From: Chrysomallon squamiferum
Lineage: Eukaryota; Animalia; Mollusca
Length of the DNA stretch: 64,000 bases
Assembly (NCBI GenBank): GCA_012295275.1
Contig: CM022666.1
Span: forward strand, 5,642,001 to 5,706,000
Direction: 5' to 3'
The notes below the pieces were generated by a model. That model made no database searches. It was not told the origin of the DNA and was given only the letters and a program-made list of their open reading frames with translations. Positions 14,067-27,724 of the stretch are shown one piece after another. The position numbers and the translations under genes are program-made. Position 1 is the stretch's first letter. Each line of letters starts with the position of its first letter.

Positions 14067-16507
14067 AAAAAGGAAAAAAAAAAAAAAAAAAAAGTTTTAT
14101 GTAGAAATGGTTAAATTCTATATAAAAATATTAAAATATTGACTTCATTATGAATTAAACTGAGAAAGAAGATCCATATACGTTTAATAATATAATATTA
14201 TGAAAAGGAGAAATTCATTGTGCTGAAAAATATTTATAAATTTATAATTAATTTAATATTGACAAAATTTGAAATAGTTATTAATATTCTTTTCACAAAC
14301 TGTTTTAAAGTCATACAAAATTTCATGTAAAATCTGCATAATAAACAATCTATTTAAAGTATTCTTTTGTTTTATCACAATAAGACTTTTCTTTTTAGAA
14401 GCATTTCAGAATCGTAAATATTATGATTATTAATTTTATTATCACTACCATCATCATCATAATCATTATTAATGGTATTATGACCATGATAATTATCATT
14501 GACTTTATTACCACTATCATCTTCATCATTATAACTACTGCTATATTATTACTATATAATCATGATTACTAATATTATTCTTTCTACTACTCCTACTATT
14601 TATATTAGTGTTGCTGCTGCTGCTACTACTACTACTATTAAATGTATCATTATTATCATCATCATCATTATAATTAGTATTGTTTGCTGCTGCCGTTGTT
14701 GTTAAATAAAGACTACAGCGATACCTCTGGTCACCTAATTTTTATTACTTGGATAGTTACTTTAAATGTAGTACAAATGTCTTAATCTGCATTTATCATT
14801 TTCTTCTTTTTCTTCTTTTCTTTTTTGAATATCAAGTAAAATTAATGAGAATATTTTTCAACTGACTTTTCACTTATAACCCAGTCAGTGACAAGATTTG
14901 AGTTTCATTTTATGAAGCATAATTTGTATACTTTATAGACAGTAAGTTAAATATTGCTGTTATATAACCATGTTCATATCACATACTTACACATATATAT
15001 ATATATACGTGCACACCCACACACACATATATCATTACTGAGTTTTAATAGTTGTACAGTCGTCGTTGACGGTAACAATTTAAAAAGTCATCCGTTTATC
15101 TTTAAAAGTAATCCTACCCGAGCAGTGTTTGTAAACACTTCTAAGCGACGTATTTTGTTCCAGATGTGAAATATTACCTATCTGCCAAGATATCTCATTT
15201 CTCTGTCTGCTTCATTCACGCTACTACTGTTCAGGGTTGGGCAACGTTTGGTCAGCCAACTGAACACTTGGATTCCAATTATTACTATAACTTGTCCCTC
15301 GTCCCAAAACAGCACAGCTGACTGGCCCCCTCTCTTCTCTGTGTGTGTGCGTGTGCATGTGCATGTTCTTGTGCGTGTGCGTACGTACGTGCGTGCGTTC
15401 GCGCGCGTTAATAGTATGTGACTTATTTGTACTGTTTTATGTTTTTGTTTATTATTGTTGTTTTTCTTTGTTGTTTTTTTGTTTGTTTTCTTGTTGTTAT
15501 TTTTTGTTATTTTAATTATTAATTTCATTTTTGATTCTAAGCATGTCATCCTCTCCATTAGGCTATATTTTACTCACAGCCAATCAAAATGTGATTTGAA
15601 GGACAACGCGTCATCGTGTGAGTGTGTGTGACAGTGTGTGTGTGTGTGTTTGTATCTGTGTGTGTGTGTCTGTGTGTGTGCGTGTGTTTGTATGGTTTTA
15701 TTTATTATTTTTATATTGAAATAGGTAAATTCGATATAAAAATATTAAATAACTAAGTTCATTACAAATGAAATTAAGAAAAAAGATCAATTTACGTTTA
15801 ATAATTTATGAAAAGGAGAAATTAATTGTGCTGAAAAATATTTATAAATTTAAAATTGATTCTAATAGACGAGTTTCAAATTGGTTATTAACATTCTTTT
15901 TAGAAACTGAGTGAAAGTCACAGAAAAGCTGAGAAAAGTGGTAAATTAACAGAGACACAAGCACAAATTGGTTTTGACATACTGAAAAGTAAATTACAAA
16001 AGTGTTAAGTCTAAATGGAAGCAGAAGAGAAGAGAGAATCTGAACACCACATGCACGTGTGACGTCTGCGTGTCAACTGATCAACACAGCTGAGGAAAGC
16101 TTTAGCGCGTGACTCAATGAAAAACGGACTTAAACACATGCATTGTACCCGTTTGTACCATTTATTTCGAGAAATTAACTATTAAATGTTTGTTTATATA
16201 ATTTGTAAAAAGAAAAGATCGTTAAAGCGTGATACTTTTTGTTTTATTATATATTTATATTTTATCAATGAATTGAGCTTAAAAGGTGAAGAAGTTTATC
16301 GATGAACTGAGCGAAAATCTGCTATTAAGTTTATTTATTTATTTATTGAGTTATTTAATTATTTGTTTATTTGTTTGTTTTTTACTTTTATTTGTCTATT
16401 TTACTGTGTTTTATTTCATTTCATTTTATTTTATTTTTTTAAATTAATTAATTCGCTACACTTTACTTTTCATCACTTTTTATTTATTTTACGGTATTTT
16501 ATTTTAC

Positions 16508-16549
<42 letters not shown>

Positions 16550-19444
16550 AACCGGTTAAAATTTCATAATTATTTGTGTTTTAAACCGAATGTTAATTTT
16601 TCTTTATTTTTCGTTTTATAAAATAAAAGATGTTGCCTTGCTAATGAAAAATTAAAAAAGAAAGAAAGCTATCGGTGTTCATTTTTATTTTCACCAACAG
16701 TAACAACAACAACAACAACAACAAATTTATTTATCTATAATAATAATAATGTATTCAAACTTTGTCAATCCGTCTATTAGTAATTCAGTGACGTAACATC
16801 TATTTGTAGCCCAGTTCCCGAATAAAATGAGTATTTATTACACATCTGAAATCTTCTTGGCAGGAAAAAACAAGCCAACAACACAGTGTTAATATGCTGT
16901 TATTCAAAATACTGGCAACTATTCAAAGAATCCGATTACAGTGTGAAAAATAGTTTAAATAATATGTATCTGTGTGTTGTGTCGGTGTATGAATTTAACA
17001 GATTTAATTGAAGAAAATGTATAATCTCTATTTATACCTAACTAGCAACTAACTAGCAACAACAACAGCAATAACAATAAATAAACGAATAAATAAATAA
17101 ATAAATAATAATAATAATAGTAACAACAACAACAACAACAACAATAATAATTAATTAATTATAATAAAGGCTATTATAATGGTTTTAAGCGTAAAGTGGT
17201 GAATCTAAGCTGCTCAACTTCAACAGAATAGAGCTGAGATAATAATACACATTTTTATTTAATTTAACATTTTTTGTATTGATAAAATGTAATGTATGTG
17301 TATTTGTATATACAGTGTCACTGACTTTCAGGTAATCAACACCTCCAATGTAGGAAGTAACACATTTTTTTTTGATATCTTCGTACTAAAGAATAATATG
17401 CTAAAATGATCTGTGAGACAAAGTCACAATTTTTTATTATGAAGTATATTAGCAATGAAAGATAGATTAAACACATTTTGTTAATGTTCTTTGATTTTAA
17501 TGTTGATGGTTTAGTCTGATGTTCAACTCGATATCACGAAGAAATTCTGTCGCAGCATACACGAATCCTTCATAACAGATTTTGATATCACCTTTATTGG
17601 TATGAATAATGTTAAGTATATATCTGATACTAGAGAAAGCTGGAGAATATACAGTGAGACACATTTTAACCTGGGAAGCCCTTAGTTTATATCTATCCTA
17701 ATCAGTAAGCTGGATCCAAGCATCACCCCTGCACAATATGAAGACTCTTTCTTTAATCCTGCCTAATTAATAAGTGTAACAAGTCACCACCCCTGCACAG
17801 TATGAAACCTCTTTCTTTAATCTAACCTAACTGATGTAATCAGTAAGCTTAACAATTACTCCATGTAGACTATGATGCCACATTCAATACTCTATAAATT
17901 AATACATTTTGTTATATAAAAATTGTTACTTTTTTTCCAGCCACTGAATCAACAGTCATGATACAAGTAACGTTTACAAGTGGAAGATTCTTCTGTCACA
18001 GGCAGATATTTCTGAGACATTTCATATTCCTGGCCCTGTAATAATAAATGGATAGCTACAGATATTTATCCCGATTATGTATAAATGTCCACCATGTGAC
18101 ACACAGAATATATCGTTTCCCTTTTCTTTTCTTCTTTTTATTTATTTATTTATTTATGGTTTGTTTGGTTACTTATTTTTATTTTACTCTATCTTTATTT
18201 ATTTTATTTTAACCTACTACAATTTTATTTTATTTCATTTATTTTATTGTTTTATCCTTTCTCTTTTCTTTTGTTTGTTTGTTTCTTTATTTATTTATGG
18301 TTTGTTTGTTTGTTTTTATTTTATATTTTACTCTATTTATTTATTTTATTTTGTCTTACTATAATTTTATTTCATTTATTTTATTTTATCTTACTATAAT
18401 TTTATTTCATTTATTTTATTCTTTTAATTAATTAATTATTTTATATATCTTATTGTATTTATTTATTTTACTTTACTTTTATCATTTTGTATTTTCATTT
18501 TATTTTTATCACTTTTTTATTTTCATTTATTTTCTCTTATTTTATTGTTCTTTTAGATTGATTTGACTTTATTTCGCTCATTTATTTATTTATTTATTTA
18601 TTTATTTATTCGGCAGTCAACAGTCAGATATAAGTGACATTTACAAACAGAAGATTCTTCTGTCACAGGTAGATATTTCTGATACATTTTATATTCCTGG
18701 CCCTGTACATATCTACTTACACAGTGCGTTCTGTGGAAAGTGACCGTTTCGCTCCAATTGTTCAACAGTTTTTCCCTAACGAAAACAAATATCTCATTTA
18801 TTTTATTTTGTTTTATTTTCGTTTTGTTTTTATTCGATTTTACATTATTTCGATCATTTGTTTATTTATTTATTTATTTATTTTATTTATTTATGTATTT
18901 ATTTGTTCGGCAGACTGAATCAACAGTCATGATACAAGTGACACTTACAAACTGAAGATTCTTCTGTCACAGGTAGATATTTCTGAGACATTTTATACTC
19001 CTGGCTCTGTAATAATAAATGGATGACTATACTTATTTATTCCGATTACTTGTAAGATGACAAATCCGGGCTGGAACTTTCCACTGTGTGATACACAGAC
19101 TACATGTTTTCCTTTTGTTGTTTATGGCTTAGTTGACAGAGGAATAGAAATTACGCTGTACTCTTTATTTAACAATAACGACAAAAGCAACCGCAACAAC
19201 AACTACTACTATTACTACCACAACTACAACAACAACTACTACTATTACTACTACTATTATAGCAATAACAACTATAATATGTAGCTTATTTATGAAGAAT
19301 ACCAACACACAAAAAAGACATATAATGACTTTGCTCATTTTATTCATAGTATATTAAATGACTATACGATATCTATAGCAAAAAATTAAAAAAGATAGAA
19401 GAAAAAAAATCAAGCAATAAATTTAAATAAAGCAGACGACATAT

Positions 19445-19600
19445 CCTCTTAGCCAATCAAAAATGATCGAGTGAGCTGGTAGAGAGAATATGATAAGATC
19501 TTTTCAAAAGTCGCTGATATAAAAATCAACGAAGCCTGTCATAGAGCGTACACGTGCTTCACTCCATTGTGAACACAGAGTCAGCCTAATTTAGGTAAGT
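19445..19600 (+). promoter_or_regulatory. Putative promoter and non-coding first exon of TNF copy 2
   Basis: AGCCAATCA (19451), TATAAAA (19518), perfect donor AG|GTAAGT at 19594/19595; next clear acceptor is the TNF ATG exon. Confidence 0.55.
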
Positions 19601-21114
19601 ACATGTTTTACTTATTTCATAGGTTATATATATTTATATAAAATTATAATTTCACTTATTTCATAGGTTATATATATTTATATAAAATTATAATTTCATT
19701 TATTTCATTGATTATAGATATTTATAAAAAAGTATTACTTCACCGATCATAGCTTATATATATTTATATAAAATTATAATTTCACTATGCTGTTTAGGAT
19801 TTATGCACGCCCTAATTTCATGTGTATAATATAATATTAAGTGATATCACACCGACTTGTAATATTAAGCGATACTACATCGAAAATGCAAAATGCATGT
19901 GCAACCTTAATGTTCCAGTTCAATTTGCTGTATAGGATTTTTCCAGGCCCTAGTTTCACTTGTATAATATTAAATGATATTACATGAACTTGAAAAAACA
20001 AAACATCGCGGTAAGGTCGATAAGTATCTAGCACATGCGTTGGCAGGTAAAAATAATAACAGCCACAGAAAATACAGCACTGATTTATTTGGCTGGTACC
20101 TCGAAAATCGGCAATATGCACGTGCAAGTCGTGCCACTGGCAGCTTAATGTAACAGTTCTGTTGTTATAAAGCAGGAAAACTGAGTTATCATATTCACGT
20201 TGCGATCGATAAACAATAACGTTCACGACAGTTTGAATTTCTGGCACTGAGAGGAAACCAGCCCTGGACGTGATCTTTCGAGGACGATACAATATCAGCA
20301 AACAGAGCGGATATGTAGAATGAGGCCCTGGCAAGCTTTGATAGGTTTTGTCTGTCTTTGCACTAAACCAATTAGCCAAGGTTTTAGGAACGGATAAAGA
20401 GAACATTAACATAAGTTTTTTTTTTTTTTTTGATCGGAGCAAAAATGTTTACAGAAGTGTTTCAAGAACCAGACAATCTACTACGAAGGTGATTAAATGT
20501 GTTATTCAAACTTTGACAGTACTTTAGTCAAGGTATTTTTCTTCTTGCTTGTGAAATCTGATGTATGCTGGTTTACGAGAACATCGAACTTTCCGCTATT
20601 AAGCCCTACCCGAGTTCACCGAGTGTTGTTGTTTGTTTTTTAATTTTTCACAAGAAAAAACAACACGTTATTGATTTAATTAAATCATCAAAATCTATCG
20701 AGCGCGAACTGTTTTCTAACTTCTTGGAAAAATAAGATGATTTGGCAGTAGAGACTGCAAATAAACCATCATCACCTTGGTTAGTCACCTGATCAAAATA
20801 CTTCCACTTCACTGGATATTTATTCCACTTATATGTACGTGTGTATATTGTGTGTGAATTTGTCTTGGTAATATTTATTATTTTATTTATTTATATAACC
20901 ATTGTTTAAAAGTTTTATATTTATGTGTATGTACAAGTGTATATTTTTGGTTTGCTGAAATAATATTTTATATAGGTGTGTGTGTGTGTTGTGTCTGTGT
21001 ACGTGTGTGTGTGTGTGTATTTATCTTGGTATTATTTATTACTAATAACTTTTTTCCTTCTTTTGGTCATGTTTTACAGATTACTTCTAAAGGAAATAAA
21101 AGTTGTTACACAAA

Positions 21115-21510
21115 ATGGTACCAATTCGTCCAGTCATTGCCATTCCTCTTATGGTACTAAACTTGATACTCATCGGTTTCATTGTATCTGTAACATTAAA
21201 CGAATTTCTGAACAGAGAAACCAACTTGTTGTTTGACAAGGAACTGTGTGTGAAAATCTCGTGCAAACCAGGAGAAAACTGTTGTGATGACAAATCTACG
21301 AACAGAACCAGGAACAATACCACGTATTGCTGTTACAGAGATGGAGAAAAAGTGATCAGTGAAATTATGAAAATGGTGAATTCTGTATTAAATTCTAAAA
21401 ACCAAATTCCAGAACTACATTAAACGAAAAAAAAAAAAGGTTTTCTGTAGAAATTAAGAAAGAGCTACATTCTGCATAAAAATATTGAAAAGTTAAATTC
21501 ATTAGAAATG

Positions 21511-21549
<39 letters not shown>

Positions 21550-23113
21550 ATATACGTTTAATAATATTTGAATTGAGAAAAGGAGAAATTAATAGTTCTG
21601 AAAAATATTTATAAATTTAAAACTGATTATTGTGGACTAGTATCAAATTTGTTATTCTTTTTAGAAACTGAGTGAAAGTCATACAAAAGCTGAGAAAAGT
21701 GGTAAGTTAATACCGACACACATATACACACACAGACATACGTAAAAAGACAAAGTCGCAGAAACACAGACACATACACGAAAAGTTATAAACATATACA
21801 TACACAAACACAGACAGACAAACATACAGAAAAAGACCCACACACAAACAGAAACACTCAGGCTCACATATTTAGATATCCACAAAAGTTTTATAACTAT
21901 GTATTTGTATGTACGTGCATATTTGTGTACAGTCTATGTATGTAAACATGTACAAGTGTATATTTATATGTATGTGTGTGTGTGTGTATGAGTGAGTGTG
22001 TTTCAGAACCAAAACTTCAGCAGATCAGAGATGTCGCTGATCTTTTGAATTTAGATCAGAAAAACAATGTCTACGAATCTATGTATGTATGTATGAATCT
22101 ATATATTTATACATGTATCAATAGTCTACATGTGTCTGTATATATATATATATATATTTCAGAAGAGAAACTTAAACAGATCAGAGATGTCGCTTACAAT
22201 CTGAATAATAAAAACAATGTGAAGACATCGGCTCATCTACAAATGGAAGTGAATGCAACATATGACAAAAGTAAGAAAACAAATAGTAATAGTTAAAACA
22301 TTAGTACTAGTAGTAGTACTAGTAGTAGTAGTAGTAGATTACAGTAATAGTAGTAATAGAGTAGTAGTAGTAGTAGTAGTAGAGTAGTAGTATTAGTAGC
22401 AGAGTAATTGTACTATGTTAAAAGAGGTGATTTGGTAATAAATGTGGTAGTAGTAAAATAAAAGTAATAGTAGTAGTTGGTCTGGTAAAAGTAGTTGCAG
22501 TAGTTATCACTTAGTTATTAGTAGTGGTTAGCAAATAATAGAAGACATTGTGATAACAATAGTATTAGCACGTTAGTAGTAAAAATATCAGTGATGGTAC
22601 TAAAGTAGTCAACAGCAGGAGTTTGTAGTAGTTATAGAAATATATTAGTAATATTAACTACAACTGTTGACAATTTAAAATACAAATATTATTTAAAAAT
22701 AATTTATTCTTGCAAACTTTTCAGACACACCGAAGCCTCTCATCAAATGGACGTCGTCTGGTAAAAGATCGTTTGTGAAAGGAGCTGCTGCTGTTGTCGC
22801 TGATGGGATTCAAGTCAAACACGCTGCTTACTACTTCATATACAGCAACGTTTTATTCCATGCCAACCAAATCACAGAGCTTGAATACGCTAGGCTGTGT
22901 CACTCAATTGAAATATATCCAAATTATGAAGTCCTCTACAGAAATCCTCAAACAGTATGCAAAGTACGAAAACACCAGGAAAGTTTTGTTGCTTCCTACA
23001 TTGGAGCTGTTTACTACCTGAAAGCCAATGATACTGTAGTGGTGAGAATATCAAATGTGAACATAATTTTGAGAGATCCTGAGACAACCTACTTTGGCCT
23101 GTACATGCTGTAA
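21115..23113 (+). CDS. TNF superfamily ligand, copy 2 (264 aa; exons 21115-21375, 21665-21701, 22163-22270, 22725-23113)
   Basis: Same exon sizes and motifs as copy 1, all splice sites GT-AG, open frame. Acceptor at 21078-21079 precedes the ATG exon, with an in-frame stop upstream of the ATG. Confidence 0.92.
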
Positions 23114-25195
23114 AATTGGTTCGAGAGGCCTAAATTATAACTGTTAATATATAATTTTGAATCCTGTGAAAAACAAAAATATATATATCTGGGGGTTTTT
23201 GGGGTGTGTTTCTTTAGATTAATGTTTCTCAGAAGTAATAAATAAGATTGTTGAAGAACTGAGCTTTTCACACAGGCTGTAAATAGTTCGTCATAATCAA
23301 CACACTAAGCGCACCGGATAGGAACATTGCTCATCTTTAAAAAAAAACATCATTTTTCATTAATCAACCATTTTTACTACAGAAAAAACATACGAGTAAG
23401 ATCTGCCTTGGAGACAGGAACTTTTTTCTATCTCTGTTCGGTAAAAAGACATTTTCTATAAAAAATGTTGGAGTCGTGGTTTATTATTATCACTGATATC
23501 AACATGACTGGAATCGCTGCTGGCTTGAAAAACTTGATGTATTCAATATGAATATGTATCTATTTTCTACATACACATATTTATTTTTAAGACGTTTTTG
23601 AGACTCTAATAACATTCTTTGGGCAGTTGCCAGTATTTTGAATAATAACATATTAACACTATATGGTTGGTTGGCTTGTTTCTAACTCCTTGAACTTGTC
23701 GACCGAATTACTAATAGACGGATTTAGAAAGTATGAAGGCACTATTATTGATATAAATAAATAAATCTGTTGTTGTGGTTGTTGTTGTTATTCTTGTTGA
23801 AAATGAATATGAACGCCGATACATTTTTTAATTTTTTAATTATTATTGTGAAGGTCTGTTCATTAACAAAGCAGTAACTAGTTCATGAACGTCATTTGCA
23901 AGACAGTGCACCCATTCATAAGACTACTTTAAAAATATGTGTGTATGAGTGTGTGTTTCTTAAGATTAAGGTTTCTGAGAAATAAAAGGCAAACATATAA
24001 TAAATTAAAAACAATGTTAAAACATAAATAATTAAAAAAAAAATGATTAAATTTAAAGTAAAAAAAACTTTATAAGAGTATATGTGTGTGTGCGCACAGT
24101 ATGATAGTAAGAGACATATTTGTCGTAAGTGTCGTTTTTTATTTGTTTCTTCTGTTGTTGTTGTTGTCTGTATTATTGCAGCTGACCTCTGCTCTGAATA
24201 AGGTCATACAGTTAACTGCAAAGATCAACTAAACTGACATAAAAGTACGTACGTGTATAAAATGAATTTGTAGATATTCCACAATGCACATTTACCCATT
24301 TTAACTGATTTTATCCAATAAGTTGAATAACTTTACATATTAACATGTTCCATAGCGTCACTGACAGTGTCTGTTCTACGTGACAGCATAAAAACACTAC
24401 ACACTGTAACGCGTCCTAATTCTCGTTAATACGCATGCGCATCTATTGAACAAAGCTAAAATTTATATCACGTGATGGCTCCCCTTTCGTCTCTTTGATA
24501 TAGTGACCTTGACATACTGATTGTTTACTGGAATAACCTCAATGTTATACTATTATAAACAAGTTCGTATGCGTTTTGGAAAGTCTTGGACATTTTTGGA
24601 AAATTATGTTAAAGCCGTAAATAAAATGTATGAAAAACTGGTTTGTTTCACTAATATTTAGTCTCGACCCAATGCCCTGTTTTAGCCAATATAGCGTAGC
24701 CAACCAAAATGGTTCCGTTTTCAGGCTGTCTCAGCAAACCCATAAGGAGTAGTATTTCGGGAATTTTAAAGTTAGGGAAATAAGAAGAAAGTAACGCGAA
24801 AACTTTTTGTTTTGCAATATTTCTGTATTCATATTTCTGCCAATCTGCCTTACATATCATCATAGTCATGTCCACACCAAGAACAAAAGCTGTCCCAAAA
24901 CTAATCCTACATCTGCAAGTATTTGTAAAGAGGCATGCGCGGAAAAGTGGCAGGAAGTTATTAATTAACATAATTTATATATATAATCATGCATTTCATC
25001 AGACGTTGTTCTCTGCTTTTTAAAGAAGAATTGTTTTAATAATTTCACTTTTTATTATCTCTGAAGTGTCAAGAACGTTGTATTTACGTTTATATGAGAT
25101 GGAAATATCACCAACGTAGAATGAAATTCACACACTGCTGTCAAAAATACGTTATTTTTATACTATTCGTAGTTTATTAATATGATAACTGTCTC

Positions 25196-25519
25196 TTTTA
25201 CTTTAACGACGTCAGTAAGTACATTTTTAATCAACCGTTATATGACCCCATAGTTATTGTTAAAGACCACATAGACATATACCGTAAGGTAAAACTCTAC
25301 ACCGCAAACAATGCAGGCAATTCTATTTTTGAATAATACCGAGGACTATTTGATATATATATATATATATAACAAATATTGCTGGCTGTTTTGCGAAAGC
25401 AGAGTAGTCTGTATTGTTTTGAGGTGTAGCGTTTTGTCTTACGATATATATCTAACACTAAGACTGGAGATATTCAACGGTTGATTAAACAAGTATTCAG
25501 TGACGTCATTAAAGTAAAA
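25196..25519. mobile_element. Foldback/palindromic MITE-like element
   Basis: TTTTACTTTAACGACGTCA..TTTAATCAACCGTT pairs with AACGGTTGATTAAA..TGACGTCATTAAAGTAAAA; pairing continues inward to a (TA)n centre near 25360. Confidence 0.7.
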
Positions 25520-25578
25520 CACCACACCTTCCCACATACAGTGTTGAATACATTAGGTTACATAAATATATAACAATA

Positions 25579-25609
<31 letters not shown>

Positions 25610-27400
25610 ACGTGTATCCATGTCTGTCTGCCTCTCTGTCTGTCTGTCTGAATATATAATTACATAGTTTAATCTACTTAATATTGATGTATATAATAAA
25701 TAAATATACAGTACAACAAAAATAACTTTTTAATAACTAAACGGAAAATAAAATATATTACAGTCATTTATCTGATTATCTGAATTTTATTAACATATTT
25801 ATTTTTATCGAATGATTTTTAAGAGCATTTTGTTATCATACAAATAAAGAAAATTGACACAAACGTAAATAAATAAATAAATAATATAATATAATATAAT
25901 ATAATATAAAAATAAATAAAAATAAAAAATGAGGATCGTCCCAATTTCTACTTACCTCCCTTGATTTAAACGACAAAGAATGTCAGACGCTGTTTTTGCT
26001 TTTTTTATTTTTTATTTATTTTAAAAGTTTAATTTTAAAGTTTAATGTCTGAAATTTTATGTAATATTTCTTATGATGTTTCTTTATTTTATTTTTTTTT
26101 TTTATAACTGTTCCAAAATAATTTCGAACTATATCTTGAACTAAGATTACCGATAATTTTTTGGATAACTAAATGCATTCATACTATACGTTCTCATAAT
26201 AGTGTTACTGATACCATATCGGTTCTCTAATCGCTATTTGTGTGATGTAGAATAGAGAAAGAGAGACAGAAAAAAAAAAAAAGAAATAGACACAAACTTT
26301 GCTAAGCTAAGTTAGAACTAGTCTGTTGCTTTAATAATAGAACGACCCAAAAAAAGAAAAGAAAAAAAGATGATTATTATACTTACATTTAGTATTCTTC
26401 TCAAGCAAAAAAGTCATATGTTTCAAAAAAGAAATTCATAGATGACTAATTTAAATATAGAAAAAAACGAAAAAACCCGGTTTCTGCGAGTTTTAGGCTA
26501 ATGGCGACGTCTGCTCGCCGTTTGGTTATGTTGCGTGGCGGGAAACGAGTGCGCATGTGTTGAAAATAATTTTCCCAGATAGGTTAGACCGCAATTCATT
26601 TTGCTTCCGTATTATTTGGCACAAATAGTTAAAACACCAATAGAAAGACCGGCACTCGCTGTTCGCTAGGTAAATAGAAGGAGTTCTAGAACTTCTAAAT
26701 TGAAATACATCTTGCTTTCATCATTGTAGGACATTAAATACAGTGAATACATCAAATTTAATTCAATTTTTTTTTTTTTTTTTTTTTTTTTCAATTGGTA
26801 TCAAGGCTCAGCGATTCGAATTTAAAAAAGAAATATTTGATAAGAAATTTATTTTTGAAACTGGCATTTTATCAAATTGGTATGAAGTTTTTAAATTTTC
26901 TGATCAACCTGACTTTGGAAAATCATCAAAATCAGCGTTCAGTTTAAGTTAGTAGGTATGTAAATACATTTTTAAAAACAAATAGTAATAACTTAAAAAC
27001 AAATAAAATAAAATTGACGCTTCTAAATTAAATGTTTGAATTTAAGTATATGCCACAAAAGATTTTTTACTTTTGTAGTTAATACATACTTCATACATAA
27101 AGTAGTCAAAGTTAGAATATTTCTATGGATGGATGGATGGGTAGAAGATAGCGCAAAACACGAAAACGTTGAAACATTGCTGATTCATTCTTTTATCCAA
27201 AATGTTTGGACTGGAAATGTTTAAAAGTTCAGAATTTTTTTCATATTTTGGGAAAATAAAGAATTAGCCTCAGTGTAAGATCTAAGATCTTCTTCAAATT
27301 CCCAACAATCACTGGCCTCACTGTTATTTTTACATAAATTTGGAAAATATCATATTTTAAGCTAATGTGGATTTCCTTAAAATATTTAACAAGCTAAAGC

Positions 27401-27455
<55 letters not shown>

Positions 27456-27724
27456 AATAATAGTAGTAGTAGTAGTAGTCGTAGCTGCAGCTTCAGCAAA
27501 GAAAAAGAAACCAAATGAAAAAGGCAGAATATTAAGCATTAGTAGTAACAGTAGTATAAGAAATTGAAGCAGCAGCAGAACCAACCGCATCATTAACAAA
27601 ACGAAAAAATGTAACAGAGATGATGGTGATGGTGATGAAATAGGAGAAAGAAAAATGTTAAAAAATAAAAAGATGAAGAAGAACAAGAAGAAAGAAAAAA
27701 CTATAAATATATATATATTCTTAC

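Larger units (their letters stand above)
11100..15960 (+). pseudogene. Relic(s) of additional TNF copy: promoter, first exon, intron 1 and orphan 37-nt exon, lacking ATG and THD exons
   Basis: 11160-12760 parallels 19495-20830 (TATA 11184, donor 11269/11270). Orphan exon AAACTGAGTGAAAGTCACAGAAAAGCTGAGAAAAGTG at 15904-15940 with splice sites; a more decayed copy of the same intron/exon at about 14090-14320. Confidence 0.7.

Noticed and set aside
24651-24971. 106-aa minus-strand ORF
   Set aside because: No recognisable motif or splice context.
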